A DNA stretch of 40,529 bases, from NCBI GenBank assembly GCA_049472335.1, contig JBLIRO010000044.1:1-40529 (forward strand), given 5' to 3'. The position numbers and the translations under genes were made by a program. Each line of letters starts with the position of its first letter. Within the stretch, counting starts at the first letter, position 1. Below, one piece after another: positions 26,081-35,507 of the stretch. The stretch is from a bacterium. GTDB taxonomy: Bacteria > SZUA-182 > DTGQ01 > JAFGSM01. A model generated the notes under the pieces. It searched no databases, was not told where the DNA came from, and saw only the letters and a list, made by a program, of their open reading frames with translations.

Positions 26081-26956
26081 ATGGGTAATTCAGGGATAGA
26101 AATAACAATTGCAAGAAATGCCGGCTTTTGTTTTGGTGTCCAGCGGGCTGTAGATATTGCATTTAGACTTGGAGATCAGCATCCGGGAGAAGTTTTTACT
26201 TTGGGTCCGATTATTCACAACTCGAATGTTGTTGAGCAACTGGAAAAAAGATCGGTTCATGTTGTCGATAGTCTTGATAATGTAAAATCAGGTATTTTCA
26301 TCGTTCGATCCCATGGATTGCCTCCTGATATAATAAATATTGTAAAGAATAAAGGATTACAAATTATTGATGCAACATGTCCTTTCGTAAAAAAGGTTCA
26401 AACATATGCTTTGTCCTTAAAAAAGGAGGGTTATCCTGTCCTGCTGATTGGAGACAGAGAACATCCTGAAGTTTTGGCAATAAGAGGGTATGTCGAGAAC
26501 GATATAATGATATGCCAGACTCCAGAGGATTTAAAGCATTTAAGTTTTCCTCAAAAATTAGGTATAGTGGCTCAGACAACCCAGGACTATGAAAACTTTA
26601 AAAAAATCATCTTGTACCTTTTAGATATCATTAAAGATTTAAAGATATATAATACTATTTGTGATTCGACCATTATAAGACAAAAATCCACCTTAAAGTT
26701 AGCGAAGGATGTCGATCTGATGATTGTTATTGGAGGAAAAAACAGCGCAAATACTAATAGATTAGCCAACTTAAGTCTTTCGGTGAACCAAAGAACATAT
26801 TTTATTGAAAAACCTAATGAAATTAATTGTGAATGGTTTCACGGGATCAAAAGTATAGGTATTTCTGCCGGCGCTTCAACGCCAAAGTGGATTATTGATC
26901 AGGTTTACAAGAAAATTGAAAATTTAACAAAAGAAGTATGTTGTTATAATATATGA
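26081..26956 (+). CDS. ispH: 4-hydroxy-3-methylbut-2-enyl diphosphate reductase
   Basis: AGFCFGVQRA, DATCPFV, HPEV, AQTT, NTIC, GASTP. Confidence 0.97.
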   Translation: MGNSGIEITIARNAGFCFGVQRAVDIAFRLGDQHPGEVFTLGPIIHNSNVVEQLEKRSVHVVDSLDNVKSGIFIVRSHGLPPDIINIVKNKGLQIIDATCPFVKKVQTYALSLKKEGYPVLLIGDREHPEVLAIRGYVENDIMICQTPEDLKHLSFPQKLGIVAQTTQDYENFKKIILYLLDIIKDLKIYNTICDSTIIRQKSTLKLAKDVDLMIVIGGKNSANTNRLANLSLSVNQRTYFIEKPNEINCEWFHGIKSIGISAGASTPKWIIDQVYKKIENLTKEVCCYNI

Positions 26957-27016
26957 TAAAAAAGGTCATTTATGATTATGACCTATATTTTTCGGTTATA
27001 GGGGGTTTAAAAACCA

Positions 27017-29035
27017 ATGGATTCAGAAAATAAGGTTAATAACGAAGGCACATTACAGGAGGATTTAAATGATTCGGCTAAGGACAATGCAGCCACTAAC
27101 GAGAGTTTCCAAACCGTAGACAGATCAAGAACGATTGAAGAAGATATGGATTTCGAAGAAACAGAAGATATGATCAATGATTCTGAAGTCGATGATGATA
27201 CATTGCTTGATTATGATGAAATGTGCTCTCTATATGAAGAGACTATGGTAAATATAGAGGAAGGAGAGGTTGTTAAAGGAACTATCATAAAGATTACCGA
27301 AAATGAGGTTCTAATAGATGTAGGATATAAATCTGAAGGCACAATTCCTCTTGATGAATTTAAAAGGCATGATGATATTTCCAATCTTAAAGTAGGAGAT
27401 GTTTTAGATGTTTATTTAGAGAGCATAGAGGACTCCGAAGGGTTAATTGTATTATCGAAGGAAAAGGCCGACAAAATAAAAATTTGGGAAGATCTCAATC
27501 AGGCTTATGAAAGAAATGAGACCATAAAAGGTAAGGTTTTAAAAAGAATTAAAGGCGGTTTAACTGTGGATATTGGTATCCCTGCTTTTTTACCAGGGTC
27601 TCAGATAGATACCCAACCTATACGGGATCTAGATTCTTTAAAGGAACAGGAAATCAATGTCAAGATAATAAAGCTCAATCGGAAAAGAGGAAACATTGTT
27701 GTCTCCAGGCGTGTAATCCTCGAAGCTGAGAGGGATCAAAAGCGGCAACAAACACTCAAAAACATAGTTGAAGGAAACATCGTTAAGGGTGTAGTCAAAA
27801 ATATCACTGAATACGGCGCCTTCATCGATCTTGGCGGGATAGATGGATTGCTTCATGTTACTGATATGTCATGGGGAAGAATCAGACATCCTTCGGAGCT
27901 TTTTATGATAGGGGACGAAGTAGAGGTGAAGATCCTAAAATTTGATCCCGATGCCGAAAAGGTTTCATTGGGCCTAAAACAAAAGACTACTGATCCATGG
28001 GAAAGGGCCGATGAAAAATATGTTATAGGTAGCAGGATACGGGGTAAAGTTGTAAGCCTTACTGATTATGGAGCTTTCGTAGAACTCGAGGAGGGAGTTG
28101 AAGGGCTCATTCATGTATCTGAAATGTCCTGGACAAGAAAGATAAGACATCCGTCACGCGTTGTAGCTATCGGGGATATTGTTGAAGTGATCGTTTTAGA
28201 TGTTGACAAAGAAAGAAAAAGAATATCTCTTGGCATGAAACAGACTGAGCCAAATCCATGGCTTATTATAGAAAGCAAATACGAAGTAGGGTCAAAAATT
28301 ACAGGAAAAGTTAGAAATATAACCGATTTCGGTGCCTTTGTCGAATTAGAAGAAGGCATTGATGGACTCATACATATTTCCGACATGTCCTGGACTCAAA
28401 GGGTAAAACATCCTTCTGATATTTTAAAAAAAGGCGAGAGGATAGAGGCTATTATATTAAACATTGACAGTAAGAATGAAAGATTATCTCTCGGATTAAA
28501 GCAGCTTACTCCTAATCCCTGGCTGGATGTGCCCGAAAAATATCCCATTGGAACAGATTGCGAATGCAAGGTTGTAAAATTAATTGATAATGGTGTTATA
28601 GTAGCTCTTGAGGAGGGAATTGACGGATATATTCATATATCAGAAATATCTGAGGAGGATATCAATAATCCTAAAGATGTATTGAAGATAGATGAAGTTA
28701 TCAAAGCAAAGGTAATACGGCTTGATCCCGAGAATAAGAAGATAGGTTTAAGTATAAGGGCTTACGAGAAAGAACAATCAGCTGCCGAACTCTCTAAATA
28801 TACTAATCAGCAAGGAGAGAAACTGAATCCTATCGATACTGCGCCATTAAAAGAGATTATAGATGCTCATGAAAAGGCTAAAAAAAAGGAGGTCTTAGAA
28901 GAAGAGAGTTTAGCTTCGGAGGTTAGCGGGGCTGAAGATACTTTGACTGATTCATCAGAAGAAAAAAGTATATCTGAGAATATTGAAGAGTCTGAAGGCC
29001 CCACAGAAGAAGAAGCCAATCCTAAAGAGGCTTAA
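27017..29035 (+). CDS. rpsA: 30S ribosomal protein S1
   Basis: Six S1 repeats (YGAFIDLGGIDGLLHVTDMSW etc.); acidic N- and C-terminal tails. Confidence 0.98.
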   Translation: MDSENKVNNEGTLQEDLNDSAKDNAATNESFQTVDRSRTIEEDMDFEETEDMINDSEVDDDTLLDYDEMCSLYEETMVNIEEGEVVKGTIIKITENEVLIDVGYKSEGTIPLDEFKRHDDISNLKVGDVLDVYLESIEDSEGLIVLSKEKADKIKIWEDLNQAYERNETIKGKVLKRIKGGLTVDIGIPAFLPGSQIDTQPIRDLDSLKEQEINVKIIKLNRKRGNIVVSRRVILEAERDQKRQQTLKNIVEGNIVKGVVKNITEYGAFIDLGGIDGLLHVTDMSWGRIRHPSELFMIGDEVEVKILKFDPDAEKVSLGLKQKTTDPWERADEKYVIGSRIRGKVVSLTDYGAFVELEEGVEGLIHVSEMSWTRKIRHPSRVVAIGDIVEVIVLDVDKERKRISLGMKQTEPNPWLIIESKYEVGSKITGKVRNITDFGAFVELEEGIDGLIHISDMSWTQRVKHPSDILKKGERIEAIILNIDSKNERLSLGLKQLTPNPWLDVPEKYPIGTDCECKVVKLIDNGVIVALEEGIDGYIHISEISEEDINNPKDVLKIDEVIKAKVIRLDPENKKIGLSIRAYEKEQSAAELSKYTNQQGEKLNPIDTAPLKEIIDAHEKAKKKEVLEEESLASEVSGAEDTLTDSSEEKSISENIEESEGPTEEEANPKEA

Positions 29036-29071
29036 TTTTTAATAACATTTTAATTTTTTAAAGATATATGC

Positions 29072-29102
29072 GGGGTCAGATCATAATTTCAGAACTGACC
29101 CC
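29072..29102. repeat. GC-rich inverted repeat downstream of rpsA (hairpin or REP-like)
   Basis: GGGGTCAG-N15-CTGACCCC; no U-tract follows on the + strand. Confidence 0.6.
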
Positions 29103-29187
29103 ACGAGTGATAAAGAAGAAGCGTGCGTCTTTTAATCAACAAGAATACCATGAATTTCAATCATATTAATATATTACTAGTTAAAAA

Positions 29188-30072
29188 ATGAAATTAGAAA
29201 ATATTAAAAGAAATATACTGTATTTTGCAATTTCGCTTTTAGCAGTATATTTCTTAACCATAATACTATCAATGTTATTCGGATTAAATATCGGTGGTCA
29301 AAAGAGAAACAAGATTGGTCTAATAAATCTTGAAGGCGTTATTATTTCTTCAAATTCTTTCATTGATCAGCTTAAGGAAGTCAAAAAGGATGATAATATG
29401 CCTGCCATTGTTATAAGAATAGACAGCCCAGGAGGAGCCGTAGCGCCCTCTCAGGAAATATACTCGGAATTATTAAAATTTAAAGAAAAAACAAAAAAAA
29501 AGGTAGTCGCCTCAGTTGCTAGTATGGGTGCTTCCGGTGGATATTATATTGCTTGTGCTGCTGATAAGATTATTGCAAACCCTGGTTCTATGACAGGTAG
29601 CATTGGGGCCATAATAAAACTGCAAAATTTAAAGGATCTTTTCGAAAAAATCGGATATGAAGAACAAGTAATAAAAAGCGGAAAATTTAAGGATATTGGA
29701 TCTTATTCAAGAAAATTGACTAATGAGGAAAGGGAATTGTTTCAAGGGTTGGTTGACGATATTCATCAGCAATTTATTGAATCTGTTGCTAAATCGAGGG
29801 ATCTCAAAATAGAGGATATTAAAAAAATTGCGGATGGTAGGATATTTACTGGCCAACAGGCTATGGAATTCCATTTGATAGATAGTCTTGGCACACTTGA
29901 AGATGCAATAGATTCTGCTGCGGAATTATCAGGAATAACGGGAAAGCCAAAAATTATTAATTTGGAAAAAGAACCTTCAATGTTTGAGACTGTTAAAGAT
30001 TTTATAGAAAAAAAATTAGACTTAAATCCCTTCAGTAGGACGCCAATAAGTTTACAGTACATAGTTTTTTAA
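29188..30072 (+). CDS. sppA: signal peptide peptidase SppA (36K type)
   Basis: RIDSPGG, ASGGYYIA, TGSIG, KSGKFKD, ADGRIFTG. Confidence 0.95.
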   Translation: MKLENIKRNILYFAISLLAVYFLTIILSMLFGLNIGGQKRNKIGLINLEGVIISSNSFIDQLKEVKKDDNMPAIVIRIDSPGGAVAPSQEIYSELLKFKEKTKKKVVASVASMGASGGYYIACAADKIIANPGSMTGSIGAIIKLQNLKDLFEKIGYEEQVIKSGKFKDIGSYSRKLTNEERELFQGLVDDIHQQFIESVAKSRDLKIEDIKKIADGRIFTGQQAMEFHLIDSLGTLEDAIDSAAELSGITGKPKIINLEKEPSMFETVKDFIEKKLDLNPFSRTPISLQYIVF

Positions 30073-30257
30073 CATTTTAAATCATAAAAGAATCACGGAA
30101 AGTTATATCCCATACTTAAAATAGATTTTTCAATTTCTTATTTTGATGAGCAAGGAATTTTTACAATTCAAGAAATCCAATAAAGAAATATTTATTTAAT
30201 GTATTGCGTATCCGTTTTTAACCTTAAATTAACCTTTTATTTTAATAAAATTTTATT

Positions 30258-31922
30258 ATGCGAGAAACAATTATAGATTTGTTAAATAATTCAGTAAATA
30301 ACCTTTTGGAAAGAATTTTGCCCTCATATACAGCAGAGGATTTTCAAATTAACTTGGAACCAACAAAAAACAAGGAACATGGTGATTTATATTCAAATAT
30401 AGCTTTTACTTTGAGTAAAAAACTAAAACGCAACCCTTTTGACGTTGCCAATGAAATTATTAGCAATATCAATTTTAAATCCGAGTTTATTAATAAAGTT
30501 AAGGTTGAGCCTCCTGGATTTATAAATTTCTTTTTTTCGGATCTATATTGGCAAGGAATACTCGACTCAATTATAAATAAGGCCAATAAATATGGTCATT
30601 GCTCCATCGGTCAAGGAAAAAAGGTTTTAATTGAATTTGTTAGCGCAAACCCTACCGGACCATTACACATTGGCCATGGGCGCTGCGCAGCCTTTGGAGA
30701 TACTCTTGCAAATCTTTTAAAGATGGCGGGCTATAATGTATTTAAAGAGTATTACATAAACGATGCAGGCAGACAAATAAAGCTTCTTGCCAAATCGATA
30801 TTTTCAAGGTATAAACAAATCCTTAATATACAATCGGAACTTCCTGAGGACGGATATCATGGTGAATATATAAAAGATATTGCATTTGAGATTTATAAGG
30901 AGCACGGTAATTCTTTTTTATCTTTTTCACATGAGGAAATAGTAAATGTCTTCAGCCAGATTGCCTCAAAAAAAATAATAAAGAATATTTGTAATGATTT
31001 AAAAATATTTCGTGTAAATTTTGATAACTGGTTCAGAGAAAGTTATCTCTATGAAAAGGGTGAGGTAAATACTGCTCTCTCAATACTCCAGGAAAAGGGA
31101 TTTATCTATGAAAAGGATGGCGCTAAATGGATGAAGGCCGCTCTTCTTGGAGACCAAAAAGATAGAGTAATAATTAGATCAAACGGTGAACCAACCTATT
31201 TTGCATCTGATATAGCTTATCACAAAAATAAATACGAGCGTGATTACAAAAAGATTATTGACATTTGGGGCGCAGATCATCATGGATATATGGGCAGAAT
31301 AAAGGCTGTTTTAAGGGCTTTAAATTATGAAGAAAAATCTTTTTCCGTTTTATTAGTCCAGATGGTAAAATTGATTCGTAATGGTATTCAGGTTAATATG
31401 TCGACCAGAAAAGGAACTTTTACTTCTTTAGAAGATGTTCTAAACGAAGTTGGTCCAGACGCTGCCAGATTTTTTTTCTTGCTCAGGAGGCATGATAGTC
31501 ATCTTGAATTTGATCTGGATTTAGCCAAAAAAAAATCCGCTGAAAATCCTGTTTATTACTGTCAGTATGCTTATGCAAGAATTTGTAGTATCGAAAGAAA
31601 AGCAAAGAGCGAAGGAATTCCAATTGCTGATTTTAAGGCAGATTCTTCATTCTTAAAATTGGAAGAGGAGAAAGAGCTTATAAAAAAGCTTCATATATAT
31701 CCTTACATAATTATTAATTCGGCTCAGGCTCTTGAACCTCACAGAATAACTTTTTATTTAATAGAGCTTTCTACGCTATTCCATAAATATTATAATGCAT
31801 ACAGGATAATTTCTGATGATCAGATGATAACCTTGGCACGCATTAAATTAATAAGAGCAATAAAAATTGTTATAAACAGTTGTCTATCGCTTTTAGGGGT
31901 ATTCGCTCCTGAAAAAATGTAA
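30258..31922 (+). CDS. argS: arginine--tRNA ligase
   Basis: EFVSANPTGPLHIGHGR, YYINDAG, WGADHHGY, MSTRKG, NPVYYCQYAYAR, APEKM. Confidence 0.98.
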   Translation: MRETIIDLLNNSVNNLLERILPSYTAEDFQINLEPTKNKEHGDLYSNIAFTLSKKLKRNPFDVANEIISNINFKSEFINKVKVEPPGFINFFFSDLYWQGILDSIINKANKYGHCSIGQGKKVLIEFVSANPTGPLHIGHGRCAAFGDTLANLLKMAGYNVFKEYYINDAGRQIKLLAKSIFSRYKQILNIQSELPEDGYHGEYIKDIAFEIYKEHGNSFLSFSHEEIVNVFSQIASKKIIKNICNDLKIFRVNFDNWFRESYLYEKGEVNTALSILQEKGFIYEKDGAKWMKAALLGDQKDRVIIRSNGEPTYFASDIAYHKNKYERDYKKIIDIWGADHHGYMGRIKAVLRALNYEEKSFSVLLVQMVKLIRNGIQVNMSTRKGTFTSLEDVLNEVGPDAARFFFLLRRHDSHLEFDLDLAKKKSAENPVYYCQYAYARICSIERKAKSEGIPIADFKADSSFLKLEEEKELIKKLHIYPYIIINSAQALEPHRITFYLIELSTLFHKYYNAYRIISDDQMITLARIKLIRAIKIVINSCLSLLGVFAPEKM

Positions 31923-31941
31923 GGAGTTATACAAAGTAATC

Positions 31942-32547
31942 ATGGAAAAGATATCTTCTTCGATAACTCAGATATTACAAAAATGGTCATTGCTTAGAGT
32001 TTCGATAATTATTCTCGGGAATTTAGTTATTTTCGGTTTAGGGTTCGCTTTAGGCTTAAATTATGCCCAAAATTTATATCTTGTAAAAAAAAGGGTTTCG
32101 CCTCTTAACAATACAAAAAGTAAAGAGATTAATGCTAATATAAAAACGAATGATGAATTTTCTTTTTTTTATGGTTTAAAAAATCCAAGTGTAGAAACAA
32201 AATCAAAAAATGATAAAATAGAAGCTAATGAAAAAAGAGAAATTAACAAAAATCAGGAAGATATCCATGATACAGACATATCGACTCAAAAAAATATTTT
32301 ACCTTCAGAGTTACCTATTTATACGATCCAACTATATTCTTTTAGATCAAAAGATGTATCCGAAAGGAAGGTTAAAGAGCTTAAAAAGAAAGGTTTTTCT
32401 GCTTATCAAACCAAAATAGATCTTGGCAATAATGATATTTATTATCGAGTCAGAGTTGGACAATTTAAAACCAGGGAGGATGCGACTGAAGTATTGGTAA
32501 AGATATTCGACTCGGAAACCAGGGATGCTTATATAACCAGGAATTAA
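31942..32547 (+). CDS. SPOR domain membrane protein (FtsN/DedD-like)
   Basis: Single TM, linker, YTIQLYSF...YYRVRVGQF; argS-SPOR adjacency is common. Confidence 0.85.
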   Translation: MEKISSSITQILQKWSLLRVSIIILGNLVIFGLGFALGLNYAQNLYLVKKRVSPLNNTKSKEINANIKTNDEFSFFYGLKNPSVETKSKNDKIEANEKREINKNQEDIHDTDISTQKNILPSELPIYTIQLYSFRSKDVSERKVKELKKKGFSAYQTKIDLGNNDIYYRVRVGQFKTREDATEVLVKIFDSETRDAYITRN

Positions 32548-32553
32548 TATATT

Positions 32554-33303
32554 ATGAAAAATTCAATAAAAAACTGCTCTTTTGAAATAGAAAACCTTTT
32601 TCAACAGATAACCGGCTCTTATTATCTTATGCCGAACTTAAAGAAATGTCTTAATAAAATACTTGAGATAATAAATTCTGAACTTTCAATTTTTGCTAGT
32701 TTCATTTATTACAAGCAACAAAATGACGAAATGTTAGTTGTTAGTAATTACTTAGATGAGGACAAAAAATCTTTTAATTTTAAAATTTCTGAAATTTCAG
32801 AGACGCTATTTAAAGAGAATTATCCAAACTTAGCTTCAAATAAAAGAATAAATATTGATCCAGAGCTTGAAGCATGTTTAATTCCAATACATTTTGAAGT
32901 AAATCCTCTCGGAATGATGATTTTTTTTGCTAATAGCAATTCTTTATCTGCAGAAAATATCATTGAAGATTCAATTGGAGCTTATGTCACTGCCGCTTGT
33001 TTAGGAAATAATCTGATAACTTCAAAAGAAAATATTCTAAATAATTGTTTCGGTATTAAGGTAAATAACGAAATATCTGTTAAAAAGCTTCTTGAATGGC
33101 GAATGCAAGAGATTATAAGCCGTTTTTCTTCACAATTACTTCCTGAACAAAATATATACCATGAAATATCCAGGGAAACAGAAAAAATCGTAATTATGAC
33201 AGCCCTAAAGGAATTCGACCATAATCAATCAAAGACTGCGAAATGTTTAGGTATAAACAGAAACACTCTCAGAAAAAAGATAAAGGATCTAAGCATTGTT
33301 TAG
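32554..33303 (+). CDS. Fis-type HTH protein with N-terminal degenerate GAF-like domain
   Basis: C-terminal IYHEISRETEKIVIMTALKEFDHNQSKTAKCLGINRNTLRKKI; no Walker A or GAFTGA. Confidence 0.75.
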   Translation: MKNSIKNCSFEIENLFQQITGSYYLMPNLKKCLNKILEIINSELSIFASFIYYKQQNDEMLVVSNYLDEDKKSFNFKISEISETLFKENYPNLASNKRINIDPELEACLIPIHFEVNPLGMMIFFANSNSLSAENIIEDSIGAYVTAACLGNNLITSKENILNNCFGIKVNNEISVKKLLEWRMQEIISRFSSQLLPEQNIYHEISRETEKIVIMTALKEFDHNQSKTAKCLGINRNTLRKKIKDLSIV

Positions 33304-33399
33304 AGATTATGGTTTTAATTACAAGTCTCTCAATTTTAAGCCAAATAATGCGTTTTTTCACTCTAGTATCTATAACTTAAAAAGAGATATTTTCTTTTT

Positions 33400-34122
33400 A
33401 TGTCTTTAAACCTTTGCCAATCTTCAAATGGATACAGATATTCAATTGATTCCTTTCTGCTTGCTGATTTTTGTACATCACCTAAAAGCTCCAGGATATT
33501 GGACCTGGGATCAGGATGTGGAATTATTTCTATTCTTTTATCAATGTCATTTCCACAATCAAAAATAACAGGTATCGAAATACAATCAGAACTAATTATG
33601 CTTGCGAATCAAAATATTCTCAATAATAGGCTAAAGGAAAAAATATGCTTTATCCATGGAGATATAAGAGAAATCTTAAAATATTTCATCAATGAAGAAT
33701 TTGAAGTTGTTGTAACCAATCCTCCTTATTATAGAATAGGTGACGGAAGAATAAATCCACATTTTGGTAAAGCCTCATCCAGACATGAAATAATCGGGAG
33801 TTTAAGAGATTTTATTGGCGCGGCTGAAAAGGTTTTAAGACCTAAAGGTTCTTTTTATATTATTTATACTGCTAAAAGAGCAACTGAATTAATTTATGAG
33901 TGTATAAAATTTGGTTTAGAACCGAAAATTATAAGAAATGTTCACTCAAAAAGGGACTCTGATGCAAATCTTATATTATTAAAAGCTATAAAAATGGGCA
34001 GAATCGGACTAAAAATACTTCCTCCAGTTTACTTATTTAAAAAAAATGGTAAATATACTAATGAGGCGGAAAGAATATTAAAAAAATGGAGATTTTTGTC
34101 AGCCAAAACAAATTTACATTAA
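33400..34122 (+). CDS. tRNA1(Val) A37 N6-methyltransferase (TrmN6/YfiC family)
   Basis: YRYSIDSFLLADF, LDLGSGCG, TNPPYY, RHE motifs. Confidence 0.88.
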   Translation: MSLNLCQSSNGYRYSIDSFLLADFCTSPKSSRILDLGSGCGIISILLSMSFPQSKITGIEIQSELIMLANQNILNNRLKEKICFIHGDIREILKYFINEEFEVVVTNPPYYRIGDGRINPHFGKASSRHEIIGSLRDFIGAAEKVLRPKGSFYIIYTAKRATELIYECIKFGLEPKIIRNVHSKRDSDANLILLKAIKMGRIGLKILPPVYLFKKNGKYTNEAERILKKWRFLSAKTNLH

Positions 34123-34520
34123 ACATTTGGAACAACAGCCAATTTTTTTTCTTTATTTTTTTCCTTTTCTTCTACCTTTTTCATTGCGCAATTCCCCTCA
34201 AAAATCACACCTTCGTCAATTACGAGTATCGGAGTTTTTATGTTTCCATAAACTTCCCCTGTTGAGTTTATCTCCACACGCTCTTTAGCGTTAATATTTC
34301 CAATAACTTTTCCACTTATATATATGGTTCCAACGGTAATTTCTGCCGAAATTACCGCAGATTCCCCTATAATCAATGTATCACTCGTTACAATTTCCCC
34401 TTCAAATTCACTATCGATTCTAAATGTTCCGTTAAAACCGAGAATGCCTTTAAAATTCGTTCCTTCTCCCATAAAACCTGAAAACTCAACCCTTTCATCC
34501 TTTCGATCCTTCTTTGCCAC
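34119..34520 (-). CDS. bactofilin (polymer-forming cytoskeletal protein)
   Basis: GEGTNFKG...RIDSEFEGEI...IIGESAVISAEI...VYGNIKTPILVIDEGVIFEGNCAM. Confidence 0.92.
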   Translation of the reverse strand: MAKKDRKDERVEFSGFMGEGTNFKGILGFNGTFRIDSEFEGEIVTSDTLIIGESAVISAEITVGTIYISGKVIGNINAKERVEINSTGEVYGNIKTPILVIDEGVIFEGNCAMKKVEEKEKNKEKKLAVVPNV

Positions 34521-34631
34521 AAAATGCCCCCTTTTTAGGATTATTCATTCTTTCCTATATTTTTATTTTTTCGGTTTTAAATTTTGAGTTTAAAAATAAT
34601 ACTTAACTAGTGAAGTTTATAAATTCAACCT

Positions 34632-35507
34632 TTATTGAACCATATCTGTTTTTGATATTGATTGTAATAATTCAATTATCCTCTCAAATTCATCCTCAGA
34701 AAAAAATCTAATCTCTATTCGTCCCTTGCCACCCTTATGAAAAAGCCTGACTTTTGTTTTAAAGATTCGAGAGAGGACTTCTTCGAAGGAAGGAATAGCT
34801 GATCCCTTATCATTATGGTCAGAAGTCTCTTTAGATTTTTCCTTTTCACGACTTAATCGCTTTATAAGTAACTCGGTGTCTCTTACAGAAAGGCCTTTTT
34901 TAATTATTCTCTCACCTAAGAAAATTTTGTCCTCATCGGATTCGATCCCTAAAATTGCCCTTGCATGCCCCATAGACAATTTTTGCTCTGCAATATATTC
35001 CTTTATTCTATTCGGCAATTTCAAAAGTCTTATTGCATTTGCAACGGTTGAGCGGTCCTTTCCAATCTTATCAGCGAGATCTTGTTGTGTATATTCAAAT
35101 TGTTCCATCAAAAGTTTATAGGCCTGGCCTTCTTCAATCGGATTAAGATCTTCCCTTTGAATATTTTCAATAAGTGCAATTTCCAGTTTTTTATCTTCTG
35201 AAACGTCTCTTATTATTGCCGGCACTTTAGTTAATCCGGCCATTTTTGCAGCTCTCCATCGTCTTTCACCAGCGACAATTTCATATCCATGAACATGACG
35301 CTTAAGAAAGATGGGTTGAATAACTCCATGGGATTTTATTGAGTTACACAGCTCCAGAAGCTTTTGATCATTGAAATTCTGGCGCGGTTGCTGCCGATTA
35401 GGAAAAATATCTGAAATTGGGACTTCGTGAATTTCTTCATTAACCTTTTCTTGATAAGTGGGAAAGAGGGCTTCAAGCCCTTTTCCAAGAGCCTTTCGGG
35501 CCATCAA
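34632..35507 (-). CDS. parB: chromosome partitioning protein ParB
   Basis: ALGKGLEAL, QPR, AGERRWRAA, ENIQREDLNPIEE, HTH RSTVANAIRLL. Confidence 0.97.
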   Translation of the reverse strand: MMARKALGKGLEALFPTYQEKVNEEIHEVPISDIFPNRQQPRQNFNDQKLLELCNSIKSHGVIQPIFLKRHVHGYEIVAGERRWRAAKMAGLTKVPAIIRDVSEDKKLEIALIENIQREDLNPIEEGQAYKLLMEQFEYTQQDLADKIGKDRSTVANAIRLLKLPNRIKEYIAEQKLSMGHARAILGIESDEDKIFLGERIIKKGLSVRDTELLIKRLSREKEKSKETSDHNDKGSAIPSFEEVLSRIFKTKVRLFHKGGKGRIEIRFFSEDEFERIIELLQSISKTDMVQ

